Source: Candidatus Thermosaccharophagus tengchongensis (lineage in GTDB: Bacteria > Armatimonadota > Fervidibacteria > Fervidibacterales > Thermosaccharophagaceae). From it: a DNA stretch of 64,000 bases. Of the stretch, positions 23,332 to 32,411 are shown piece by piece. The stretch lies in NCBI GenBank assembly GCA_032161105.1, contig JAVHTD010000002.1. One strand, 5' to 3'. How positions within the stretch are numbered: the stretch's first letter is position 1; the number at the start of each line of letters is the position of its first letter. The position numbers and the translations under genes were made by a program. The notes beneath the pieces were generated by a model. The model was not told the origin of the DNA, ran no database searches, and was given only the letters and a program-made list of their open reading frames with translations.

Positions 23332-24309
23332 GTGATAAGCCAACAAACTGAGAGAATGCCCAAAATACGGAAACTAACCGGGGACGAAAAATACGCCCGT
23401 TACGAGATAACACCGCTTGATCCTGGCATGGGCACGACAGTAGGCAGTGCGCTAAGGCGCGTGCTGCTGAATGAAATTCTTGGTGCCGCAGTCACCTTTA
23501 TCAAAATTGATGGAGTTTTGCACGAGTATACCACCATACCAGGCGTGAAGGAAGATGTGATTGAAATGATCCTCAATATCAAGGATTTAGCCATAAAAGT
23601 GACCGATGCAGCTGATACTTCAAGACCACAAAAGGCTTCATTATCGGTTCGCGGGAGGGGCGAAGTGACGGGAGCCGATATTGAAATGCCCATAGGATAT
23701 GAAGTTGTAAACCCAGAACTTCATATTGCTGAGTTAACGGATGAAAGAGCAAAATTATCAATTGAGCTGACAATTGAGGTTGGCAAGGGGTATGCACCTG
23801 CCGATAGAGTTGACAGAAGTAAATTGGAAATTGGTCTCATCCCAATTGATGCCATATTTTCTCCAATAAAGAGGGTGAATTTTATAGTTGAGCCGACAAG
23901 GGTTGGGACTGTAAGTAACTATGAGCGTTTGATACTTGAAGTTTGGTCAAATGGAGCTGTTAATATTGATCAAGCAGTTGTTGAAGGAGCGTGTTTGTTA
24001 ATTGAGCACTTTAGGCTATTCCTTGGGCTTGGGTTACCTCGCACATTTGTGCCGCTTCCAAGTATGGGTGAAAGTATAGGTGAGGTAACGCCAACCGAAG
24101 CATTGCTTGACCGTTCAATTGAAACAATTGGATTGGATAGGAAAGTTGTAAATATTCTTGTTAAAAATGGCATATATACGCTTAGAGATTTGGTGAATAA
24201 AACGGAGAGTGACCTCCTAAATATCCGAGGATTTGGAAGGCAAGCGTTAGTGGAGGTTATGAGGATTTTGGACGGGTTAAAGCTCAAGCTGAAAGAGGAC
24301 AAAAAATAA
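23332..24309 (+). CDS. rpoA: RNA polymerase alpha subunit
   Basis: GTTVGSALRRVLL, HEYTTIPGVKED and IPIDAIFSPI; GTG after AAGGAGGAG (start uncertain). Confidence 0.96.
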   Translation: MISQQTERMPKIRKLTGDEKYARYEITPLDPGMGTTVGSALRRVLLNEILGAAVTFIKIDGVLHEYTTIPGVKEDVIEMILNIKDLAIKVTDAADTSRPQKASLSVRGRGEVTGADIEMPIGYEVVNPELHIAELTDERAKLSIELTIEVGKGYAPADRVDRSKLEIGLIPIDAIFSPIKRVNFIVEPTRVGTVSNYERLILEVWSNGAVNIDQAVVEGACLLIEHFRLFLGLGLPRTFVPLPSMGESIGEVTPTEALLDRSIETIGLDRKVVNILVKNGIYTLRDLVNKTESDLLNIRGFGRQALVEVMRILDGLKLKLKEDKK

Positions 24310-24329
24310 CGAAGGGATGGGGAAAGGTT

Positions 24330-24692
24330 ATGCGGCATCGCAAGGAGCACAAGGGCTTAGGACGCCCATCAGATCAACGAATGGCATTGTTAAAAAATCT
24401 CACTGCGTCGCTTTTCATACATGAACGCATAGAGACAACCCTGCAAAAAGCGAAAGAAGTCCGCCGAATAGCTGAGAAGCTGATCACGATTGCGAAAGAG
24501 GACACAGTTCATTCACGCCGTCTTGTCCGCAGGATGATACCAAACCCACTGCAGCGAAAAGTCGTCAACAAGATATTCAGTGAAATTGCCCCAAGATATC
24601 GCGACAGAAATGGGGGATATACGAGGATTATAAAGACCGGGATAAGAAGGGGCGACGGTTCCCAAATGGCAGTTATAATGCTCGTTGAATGA
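24330..24692 (+). CDS. rplQ: 50S ribosomal protein L17
   Basis: MRHRK and RNGGYTRI. Confidence 0.98.
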   Translation: MRHRKEHKGLGRPSDQRMALLKNLTASLFIHERIETTLQKAKEVRRIAEKLITIAKEDTVHSRRLVRRMIPNPLQRKVVNKIFSEIAPRYRDRNGGYTRIIKTGIRRGDGSQMAVIMLVE

Positions 24693-25534
24693 CACAAAAT
24701 TTTGGAAAACTGAGCCCAAAATTGGCACTCAAGATGGGGAGAGCCAAAAAGCAAGACCAAGAGAGGCATATTATGCTGGTAGTTGAATACGATGGGACGA
24801 ATTTCAGCGGTTTTCAGAGACAACTCAACGCGCGCAGCGTCCAAGAGGTTTTGGAGAGGGCAATTGAAAATGTCGTGAAACATCCAATAAAACTTCAATT
24901 TGCTGGAAGAACTGATGCTGGAGTTCATGCGACATACCAGGTTGTGAAATTTGTCACAAATAGCAAGATGCCAATTAGCGCATTTATTCCGGCAATTAAT
25001 GGCAATTTGCCCGATGATGTTGTGGTCAAATCTGCCAAGGAAGTTGACCCAAATTTTCATCCGCGCTATAGCGCAAGAAGCAGGGTTTATCGTTATTTGA
25101 TTGATAATGGAAAATGCCCATTTGTTTTAACGAGAAGATATGCATGGCACATACCAAAGCGCCTGAATGTTGAGGCTATGCAAGAAGCGGCAAATTATCT
25201 AATCGGGATGCATGATTTTAAATCATTTCACGCCAGTGGCAGCGATCTTGGCAGCACAGTCAGAAGAATATACGGCATAAAATGCGCAAAGAAAGGCAGA
25301 TTTATCTCCATAACAATTGAAGCCAATGCTTTCCTTTACCATATGGCAAGAATAATTGTTGGGACACTTGTGGAGGTTGGACTTGGAAAAATAAAGCCAA
25401 TAGATGTCAAACACATACTTGAGGTGAGGGACAGAAAAGCAGCAGGTCCAACTGCTCCTGCAAAGGGGCTTTGCCTTACAAAAATCAAATACGATGGTCA
25501 AATTTCGGCAAACCGAAAGCAAGAGCAAAATTAG
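24689..25534 (+). CDS. truA: tRNA pseudouridine(38-40) synthase
   Basis: YDGTNFSGFQRQ, GRTDAGVHA and FLYHMAR. Confidence 0.96.
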   Translation: MTQNFGKLSPKLALKMGRAKKQDQERHIMLVVEYDGTNFSGFQRQLNARSVQEVLERAIENVVKHPIKLQFAGRTDAGVHATYQVVKFVTNSKMPISAFIPAINGNLPDDVVVKSAKEVDPNFHPRYSARSRVYRYLIDNGKCPFVLTRRYAWHIPKRLNVEAMQEAANYLIGMHDFKSFHASGSDLGSTVRRIYGIKCAKKGRFISITIEANAFLYHMARIIVGTLVEVGLGKIKPIDVKHILEVRDRKAAGPTAPAKGLCLTKIKYDGQISANRKQEQN

Positions 25535-25602
25535 CCGTGAATTCAGAAAGCGGTGGCTATAACCGCAAATACAGCAGTTGTTATGCTAAAGGGGGTAAGG
25601 AC

Positions 25603-26088
25603 ATGAGAAATTGCACAACATATATCAAACCGGAGCAAGTTAAAAAGAATTGGTATATTGTTGACGCCGCTGGTGTGAGGCTTGGGAGACTCGCAAGTGC
25701 AGTGGCATACCTTTTGATTGGGAAGCACAAGCCACAATGGCAGCCAAATGTGGATGTGGGTGACCATGTCATCGTGATTAACGCGGAAAAGGTGGCTCTT
25801 ACTGGGAAAAAGCTTGATCAAAAATTTCACTACCGCCATTCCGGCTATCCGGGTAATTTGCGGGCATACAGCTATAAGTGGATGCTTCAAAATCGCCCAG
25901 AACAGGTCATAATGCTCGCAGTTGAGCGGATGCTGCCAAAAAACAGGCTTGGCAGGAAAATGATCAAGAAATTGCGTGTTTATCGTGGTTCGGAGCATCC
26001 ACATCAAGCGCAACAACCAATCCCAATTGATATTCGTAAGCTCGAAAAGACGATGCGAATTTCGGACGCAATAGGGGGCGATAGGTAA
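25603..26088 (+). CDS. rplM: 50S ribosomal protein L13
   Basis: WYIVDA, LGRLAS, GKHKP and HSGYPG. Confidence 0.97.
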   Translation: MRNCTTYIKPEQVKKNWYIVDAAGVRLGRLASAVAYLLIGKHKPQWQPNVDVGDHVIVINAEKVALTGKKLDQKFHYRHSGYPGNLRAYSYKWMLQNRPEQVIMLAVERMLPKNRLGRKMIKKLRVYRGSEHPHQAQQPIPIDIRKLEKTMRISDAIGGDR

Positions 26089-26678
26089 TGATGGGAGAAA
26101 ACCACGAAGAAGTCAAAAATTTGCCCGAAGAGGCATTGGGGGGAATCGCTTCAACTGATGAGGAACACAGCGTAGAGCTACAGCAAGCGGGACTCCCGAG
26201 TGAAGAGGACACAATGCCATCTGTGGAGAAACCGGAAGAGATTGCCCAAGAAATTGGCATTTCTTTGGAGGGAAGAGCGTCTACCTTAGCCCAGCGCTTC
26301 TATGCTACTGGGAGGCGGAAGGAAGCGATCGCAAGAGTGTGGCTAATACCGGGTGGTAAAGGCAACATTATAGTCAACGACACGCCGATTTCGGAATACC
26401 TTTGCAGGTATTCGCTTGTCCGCCATGCTATTGAGCCATTCATAGTCACGCAAACTTTTGGGCTATTTGATGTAAAAGCGACGGCAAAAGGTGGCGGTCT
26501 AACTGGGCAAGCTGGAGCGCTTCGCCACGGCATAGCCAGGGCGCTTGTGGCATACGATCCCTCTCTCCGTCCCATATTGCGGAAGGCTGGACTTTTGACC
26601 CGTGACCCGAGGGTTAAAGAGCGGAAGAAATATGGGAGGAAGAGGGCAAGAAGGGGCTTCCAGTTCCGCAAGCGCTAA
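26088..26678 (+). CDS. rpsI: 30S ribosomal protein S9 with acidic N-terminal extension
   Basis: [21 protein letters not shown] and [14 protein letters not shown]. Confidence 0.97.
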   Translation: MMGENHEEVKNLPEEALGGIASTDEEHSVELQQAGLPSEEDTMPSVEKPEEIAQEIGISLEGRASTLAQRFYATGRRKEAIARVWLIPGGKGNIIVNDTPISEYLCRYSLVRHAIEPFIVTQTFGLFDVKATAKGGGLTGQAGALRHGIARALVAYDPSLRPILRKAGLLTRDPRVKERKKYGRKRARRGFQFRKR

Positions 26679-26778
26679 TTTTGCATGTGTTGTCACATTG
26701 AAGTTGCGGTAGAATCGTTATCCACCCCTGCAGGATGCTGTTGGCTATGCGAGTAAGGTGAAATTTGCAAGGGGTGGC

Positions 26779-28086
26779 ATGGAGATGGCAAGTTTAGGTA
26801 AGAGCATTGGCAGGTGGTTTTACAAAATTGAGCCGTCAATTTTTTTCGTTTTGATGGCATATTTGGCGGGTATTATTGGGGCGAATGGCGATGTAGTATA
26901 CAAGCTGCATGCCGTTCAAAGGGGTGAAACGCTTAAGTCGGTCGCATCACGCTATGGAATTACAGTTGAACAACTTCGTCACGCCAATAGCAGCCTTAAT
27001 TTTCCCGATAATGAGCCTTTACCTGAGGGAAAAATCCTCGTTGTGCCGCTGCAAAGCACCGGGGTAATTAAGGGCGATACGGAGGAAAGGAGTGCTATTT
27101 CGGAGCCTTCAGCTAAAACGAAGGCGAATGCTTTTTGGGTTTATGAAGCCAAAGATGGAGAGACATTGGAGTCAATCGCAAAAAACTTCAAAATTTCGGA
27201 GAAAATTCTGCACGAGTCAAACAGGCACATCAAAATTGGTGAAACATTGCGAGCCGGTGTGACGGTGTTGATTCCGATTTTGATTGATTACCCTAATAAT
27301 GACCAAAAAGTTCGGGAAAATTCAACCTCAGGACAAGAGCGCATCAGCAGAGCAAACAACAATCTTAATAATCTCAGTGCATCAAAGGTCAATAATGTTG
27401 ACAGAGCTGTAAGTGTTAATTTTCCTCAATACAATCGCGAGTTTCCTCGGAATGAAGGCTTGCAGGCGCTTAATCAAAATTTTGCAGTCATTGGTATAGT
27501 CAAAGCTAAAAGCGCAATTTACTCACTTCCGGGGAAAAATTCGGCTCGCTATTACATATGCCAACCGGGCAAAAAACTCGTGATAGTTGGGAGAAAAAAT
27601 GGGTGGCTTGGTGTGCTAATGGTCAATGGCGCAATAGGGTGGATACAAGAAAATTCGGTCACTTTAACCGATAAAACTTTGACGCTCCCAATGGCGAATA
27701 TGGCGCACTTTGTTAGCTATAACTCGCTTAAATATTCCATCGTCAAAGAAGCAATGCGCTATTTGGGTGTGCCATACAGGTATGGTGGCAACTCAACGGA
27801 TGGCATTGACTGCTCGGCGTTCGTTCAAAGGGTGTATGCAGCATTTGGGATTAAGCTCCCAAGGACAGCGACTGAGCAATTGAAGTATGGGGTGGCGGTT
27901 GATTTAGGCCAAATTCAGCCCGGAGATAGGGTTTATTTTTCAAACGATGGTGTGAGGGCAAATCATTGCGGCATTTACATCGGCGACGGGAAGTTTATTC
28001 ACGCCTCCGGAAGACATGGAAGGGTTACGATAAGTTCCCTTTACGAACCGCGGTATTTTAACACCCTTTTCCGCGTGCTCAGGTAG
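26779..28086 (+). CDS. LysM x2 + SH3-like + NlpC/P60 peptidoglycan endopeptidase
   Basis: N-terminal hydrophobic segment; HAVQRGETLKSVASRYG; YLGVPYRYGG, DCSAF and HCGIYIGDGKFIHAS. Confidence 0.9.
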   Translation: MEMASLGKSIGRWFYKIEPSIFFVLMAYLAGIIGANGDVVYKLHAVQRGETLKSVASRYGITVEQLRHANSSLNFPDNEPLPEGKILVVPLQSTGVIKGDTEERSAISEPSAKTKANAFWVYEAKDGETLESIAKNFKISEKILHESNRHIKIGETLRAGVTVLIPILIDYPNNDQKVRENSTSGQERISRANNNLNNLSASKVNNVDRAVSVNFPQYNREFPRNEGLQALNQNFAVIGIVKAKSAIYSLPGKNSARYYICQPGKKLVIVGRKNGWLGVLMVNGAIGWIQENSVTLTDKTLTLPMANMAHFVSYNSLKYSIVKEAMRYLGVPYRYGGNSTDGIDCSAFVQRVYAAFGIKLPRTATEQLKYGVAVDLGQIQPGDRVYFSNDGVRANHCGIYIGDGKFIHASGRHGRVTISSLYEPRYFNTLFRVLR

Positions 28087-28215
28087 GGGCATAGCCAACC
28101 CTGATGGGAGTTACGCAATTAAGCTCAAAACCGGCTGCCAAGTTGCCCATAATTGCGCGACCTCGGTTCCTGAGCTTGATAAAGCTTCTTCATTTTACAC
28201 ATGGGAGGGAAAAGG

Positions 28216-29265
28216 ATGCCGATCAAAGTTGGCATAGTGGGCGCCACTGGATACACTGGCGGCGAGTTGGTGCGCTTCCTTTTGCATCATCCTGAAGTTG
28301 AAATTGTCCACTTGATGAGGCTGACTTCTGAGGAGGAATTGCCCCTTGAGCAAGTTCATCCACATTTGCGCCAATTATCCGGGCTAAAATGCGTTCCAAT
28401 GGACGAGGCAAAACTGGCAAGTGATGTTCAGGTTGTTTTCCTCGCAGTCCCACATGGGGTTGCCATGACCATAGCCCCGAAATTGCTTGATATGGGCTTG
28501 CGTGTGATTGACTTGAGCGCCGATTTCAGGTTAAAAGACGCCAGCGCATTTGAGTTATGGTATCGTGTGGGGCATAAAGCGCCGCATTTGCTTCAAGAAG
28601 CAGTTTATGGCTTGCCTGAGATTTATCGTGACCAGATACGCAACGCACGACTGGTTGCCAATCCGGGGTGCTACCCAATTTCAGCCATACTTGCCCTCAT
28701 GCCGCTGTTCAAATTCGGCATGGCGAATTCAAATCACATCGTGATTGACAGCAAATCTGGCGTATCTGGCGCTGGCAGGTCAAAGACGACAATTGACTAC
28801 CATTACCCAGAGGTGTTTGGTGACTTCAAACCATATGGAATTGCCACACATAGGCACACACCTGAGATTGAACAGGAACTTTCCTTTATCGCCCAAAGGA
28901 ACATAAGTGTCACCTTTACACCGCATCTTTTACCAGTCAGCCGTGGCATATTGACTACGGCATATGTGCTGCTTAATGAGGGCGTAACTATCTCGCAGTT
29001 GCGTGAGGCTTATATTCTGGCGTATGAAGATGAGCCATTTGTGCGCTTGCTGCCGGAAGGCGTCGCACCGAGGCTTAAGGGTGTTATTGGTTCAAACTTT
29101 TGCGATGTGAACATATTCCTTGACGAACGCTCAATGTGTGCCATTGCCATTTCGGCTATTGACAATCTGGCAAAGGGTGCTGCAAGCAATGCCATACAAA
29201 ACATGAACCTGATGTTTGGGCTTGATGAGCGATGTGGGTTAATGCTCCCTGCACTGTCACCCTGA
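28216..29265 (+). CDS. argC: N-acetyl-gamma-glutamyl-phosphate reductase
   Basis: GATGYTG, IDLSADFR, ANPGCY, SGVSGAG and HRHTPE. Confidence 0.96.
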   Translation: MPIKVGIVGATGYTGGELVRFLLHHPEVEIVHLMRLTSEEELPLEQVHPHLRQLSGLKCVPMDEAKLASDVQVVFLAVPHGVAMTIAPKLLDMGLRVIDLSADFRLKDASAFELWYRVGHKAPHLLQEAVYGLPEIYRDQIRNARLVANPGCYPISAILALMPLFKFGMANSNHIVIDSKSGVSGAGRSKTTIDYHYPEVFGDFKPYGIATHRHTPEIEQELSFIAQRNISVTFTPHLLPVSRGILTTAYVLLNEGVTISQLREAYILAYEDEPFVRLLPEGVAPRLKGVIGSNFCDVNIFLDERSMCAIAISAIDNLAKGAASNAIQNMNLMFGLDERCGLMLPALSP

Positions 29266-29398
29266 AGTGAGCGGAGATGGGAAAGATTTGCCCGAAAATG
29301 CGTGAGTTGTCATCTGCACCCATGGTCATACTTCGGTTCACCTTCGTGAGTGAATGCAATGTGAAAGCCAAACATTGTTGATGAGGAGGCGATGGGTT

Positions 29399-30628
29399 GT
29401 GGGTGATGGGATAACTTTTTTGAGCGATGGCTCCGTGACTACGCCAATTGGATTTGTCGCAGCTGGAGTTCACTGTGGCATCAAGAAGGACGGAAAGAAG
29501 GACTTGGCTTTGATTTATAGCGAGCATCCATGCATTGCCGCCGGGACATTCACAACCAATAAGATGAAGGCGGCGCCAGTTATCGTTACTCAGGAAAATT
29601 TGCGCCCAGCGCGTGCAACTATAAAAGCCATAGTGGCATGCAGCGGCATTGCAAACAGTTGCACGGGTAAAGCCGGCATACTGGATGCGAGACAAATGTG
29701 CGACTTAGTTGCCAAGGCTCTTCAGATACTCCCAGAGCAAGTTGTGGTAGCATCCACTGGCAAGATTGGGTTGCGTCTTCCAATGGATCGTGTTGCAAAG
29801 GGCATAGAGGAAGCCGCAAGGAAGCTTTCGCATGATGGCGGCATTGATGCGGCTCATGGAATTATGACAACCGACACTGTCCCAAAGTATGGTGCTGTCA
29901 AGTTCAAAATCAACCAAACTGAAGTTCACATTGGCGGCATAGCGAAAGGCGCTGGCATGATTGCACCAAAGATGGCGACCATGCTTTGCTTCGTGACAAC
30001 CGATGCCAATATAACCAAGAATTGCCTGAAGAAGGCACTATCAAAGGCTGTTGAGTTGACTTTCAACTCAATCACAGTTGACGGTGACACGAGCACGAAC
30101 GATATGGTAATTGCACTGGCAAACGGTGCTGCAGGCAATGGGCGAATAAACAGCGTCTCAAGCGACGCATACCACATCTTTGAGGAGGCGCTCATTGTGC
30201 TTCTCAGGCACCTTGCTCATGCCATTGTCCGTGATGGTGAGGGCTCGACGAAGTTTGTTGAGATAAAAGTGGAAGGCGCCGTAACGGAGCAGGAGGCAAA
30301 GGCTGTCGGGTTCGCCGTTGCAAATTCAAATCTTGTAAAGTGCGCGCTGTTTGGTGGTGACCCCAATGTTGGAAGAATTGCAGCTGCCGTCGGGAGGGCG
30401 CCGGCGAGGATAAATCCGGAAAAGCTGTGCGTGTGGATTAATGACACATGTGTGATGCGTGATGGAACGGTGATTGAGTTTGATAGGGACAGCCTCCGCA
30501 CAAGCCTTTCAAAAGGCTCGGATGTGTTCATACGAATAGAATTGGGTATAGGCAATGCGAGTTGGACCTTATGGACATGTGACTTGACCTACGAGTATGT
30601 TCGGATCAATGCTGAATACGAAGTGTGA
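29399..30628 (+). CDS. argJ: Bifunctional ornithine acetyltransferase
   Basis: IMTTDT, AKGAGMIAPKMATML, DGDTSTND and RDGEG; GTG start chosen after AGGAGG. Confidence 0.95.
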   Translation: MGDGITFLSDGSVTTPIGFVAAGVHCGIKKDGKKDLALIYSEHPCIAAGTFTTNKMKAAPVIVTQENLRPARATIKAIVACSGIANSCTGKAGILDARQMCDLVAKALQILPEQVVVASTGKIGLRLPMDRVAKGIEEAARKLSHDGGIDAAHGIMTTDTVPKYGAVKFKINQTEVHIGGIAKGAGMIAPKMATMLCFVTTDANITKNCLKKALSKAVELTFNSITVDGDTSTNDMVIALANGAAGNGRINSVSSDAYHIFEEALIVLLRHLAHAIVRDGEGSTKFVEIKVEGAVTEQEAKAVGFAVANSNLVKCALFGGDPNVGRIAAAVGRAPARINPEKLCVWINDTCVMRDGTVIEFDRDSLRTSLSKGSDVFIRIELGIGNASWTLWTCDLTYEYVRINAEYEV

Positions 30629-30777
30629 ACGCTCAATCACACACCGATGCCATTGGCAACTTGAGTTAGTTCATGAAGGCACAAAGGTTAGTCACATCGT
30701 AGCTTCTTCCAATATTAGCCCTTATGCCCTCAATGGCGCATCAAAAGGGTCATCGTTTCTTTAACTCACCTGTTGGC

Positions 30778-31518
30778 TCATCTCAACCCGTTGCCATCCC
30801 AGCCAGAGCCAGTTCGCCACTTGCCATTCACCCAGTTGTCTATAACCGCTTCTGCTGAATACCATTTCACATGCCCATCTAAGAAGAGCACATTTGAACC
30901 ACCCATATGGCGAGCATTTTCAGGCTTCTGCCTATCAGGGTTGCACTTAGCAGCGCAAGTATTCGCATAAGCGACACGCCATGGGCTATTTAGCAGACCA
31001 GAGCAGTCAGCAAATATTGGTGTAACTGAATGTTGGGTCCATACAACCAATCGCTCCTGGTCGCTGGTGCCATTTATGATGCTCTCCATATACCCATATG
31101 ACATCACGAAATCGCTTGGAAGCACACCAGCGTTTATCAAATCATTCACTCCATGGTGCGGTATACTCCCATTTGCACACCCGAATGGAGCTGCACTTGG
31201 ACAAGCCCATATCTGCCAGCTCTTGATGTATGGGAAGAGTGACACCTGCGGTTGAATGTTTGTTTTCGGATCCTTTCGCCAACACCATGTATTAGCTCTT
31301 GGCAACCTTTCATCGTAGTCCTGAGCATACTGCAGCACTGCTAAGCCTATTTGCTTCAAGTTGCTTTGGCATACTGCAGTCCTCGCCTTCTCCCTTGCCC
31401 TCGCAAACACTGGAAACAGAATCGCTGCCAAGATGGCGATTATCGCTATCACCACCAGCAGCTCTATCAGCGTGAAGCCTCTCCAACTCAACTTAAGCAT
31501 TCTACCTGCTCGCTTCAT
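30778..31518 (-). CDS. Prepilin-type N-terminal cleavage/methylation protein, DUF1559 with H-X9-DG C-terminus
   Basis: [60 protein letters not shown]. Confidence 0.93.
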   Translation of the reverse strand: MKRAGRMLKLSWRGFTLIELLVVIAIIAILAAILFPVFARAREKARTAVCQSNLKQIGLAVLQYAQDYDERLPRANTWCWRKDPKTNIQPQVSLFPYIKSWQIWACPSAAPFGCANGSIPHHGVNDLINAGVLPSDFVMSYGYMESIINGTSDQERLVVWTQHSVTPIFADCSGLLNSPWRVAYANTCAAKCNPDRQKPENARHMGGSNVLFLDGHVKWYSAEAVIDNWVNGKWRTGSGWDGNGLR

Positions 31519-31732
31519 TTCACATCCCTCCCTTGAGTTTATTTTGAGCACGCCACATTCAAAGCCTCACAACGCCATCATAACCATCATGTGGCAGCTT
31601 AAAGCTGCCACTAATGCGAACTCTAACTGCATCACCCTCCTTTGGTATGGGATTGACTTCACTCCCACAACCCGGCTTTAGCACAGCACAATTTGTTTGT
31701 AAAGCCTCACATCGCAATCTCGTCAAATGCCT

Positions 31733-32083
31733 GTTCGTAGTAAGCCACGAAGCGTTAGCGAAGTGGCGTTCGTATGACATTATTGACGGCACTTCACTTT
31801 GTTCCGTGCCTCACTACGAACCTTCGCCACAAAGTGAAAGCGGAGTGGCGTTCATATGACATCGTTCGTAGTAAGCCACGAAGCGATAGCGGAGTGGCGT
31901 TCATATGGCATCATTGACGGCACTCCACTTCGTTTCGTGCCTTACTACGAACCTTCGCCACGAAGCGAAAGCGGAGTGGCGTTCATATGACATCGTTCGT
32001 AGTAAGCCACGGAGCGATAGCGAAGTGGCGTTCATATAACATCGTTGACGGCACTTCACTTCGTTTCGTGCCTCACTACGAAC
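31733..32083. repeat. Tandem array of three 89-nt palindromic REP-like units, 131-bp period
   Basis: Units start GTTCGTAGTAAGCCAC at 31733, 31864 and 31995 and end CTACGAAC; the 42-nt linkers are near-identical partial copies of the unit. Confidence 0.9.
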
Positions 32084-32108
32084 CTTTGGACTCATTATCC
32101 GTTTGCAT

Positions 32109-32165
32109 GGGCGGACGATAGTCCGCCCGAAATCGTTCCTTCGGGCGGCTTGCAGCCGCCACTAC
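32109..32165. repeat. REP-like hairpin doublet (GTAG class)
   Basis: GGGCGGAC-GATA-GTCCGCCC, then GGCGGCTTGCAGCCGCCACTAC (reverse complement begins GTAG). Confidence 0.6.
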
Positions 32166-32411
32166 TAAACACGGACACTGGTGAGCTTGAGTTGACTGGG
32201 ATTAGCGTTTCAGTTCCAACGCCCGTGTGCGTAAGATTTGCAAAGCCGTTGGAGGAATGAGCACGCATAAGCCGTAGCAGCGTGAGTGAGGATAGCACCA
32301 TGGAACAGCTGCAATCTGCATCCCGTCATAATTATGAGTCCGAAATGCAACGGGCATCAGCAACGCGATGGTCTATCGGGTGCGCATAACGAATGAGTGA
32401 GGTGAATCACG

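Noticed and set aside
31733..32083. CRISPR array
   Set aside because: Units are 89 nt, the linkers are near-identical rather than unique spacers, and no cas genes are present
31614..32301. Short ORFs across the repeat array
   Set aside because: Translations of palindromic repeats without protein-like features
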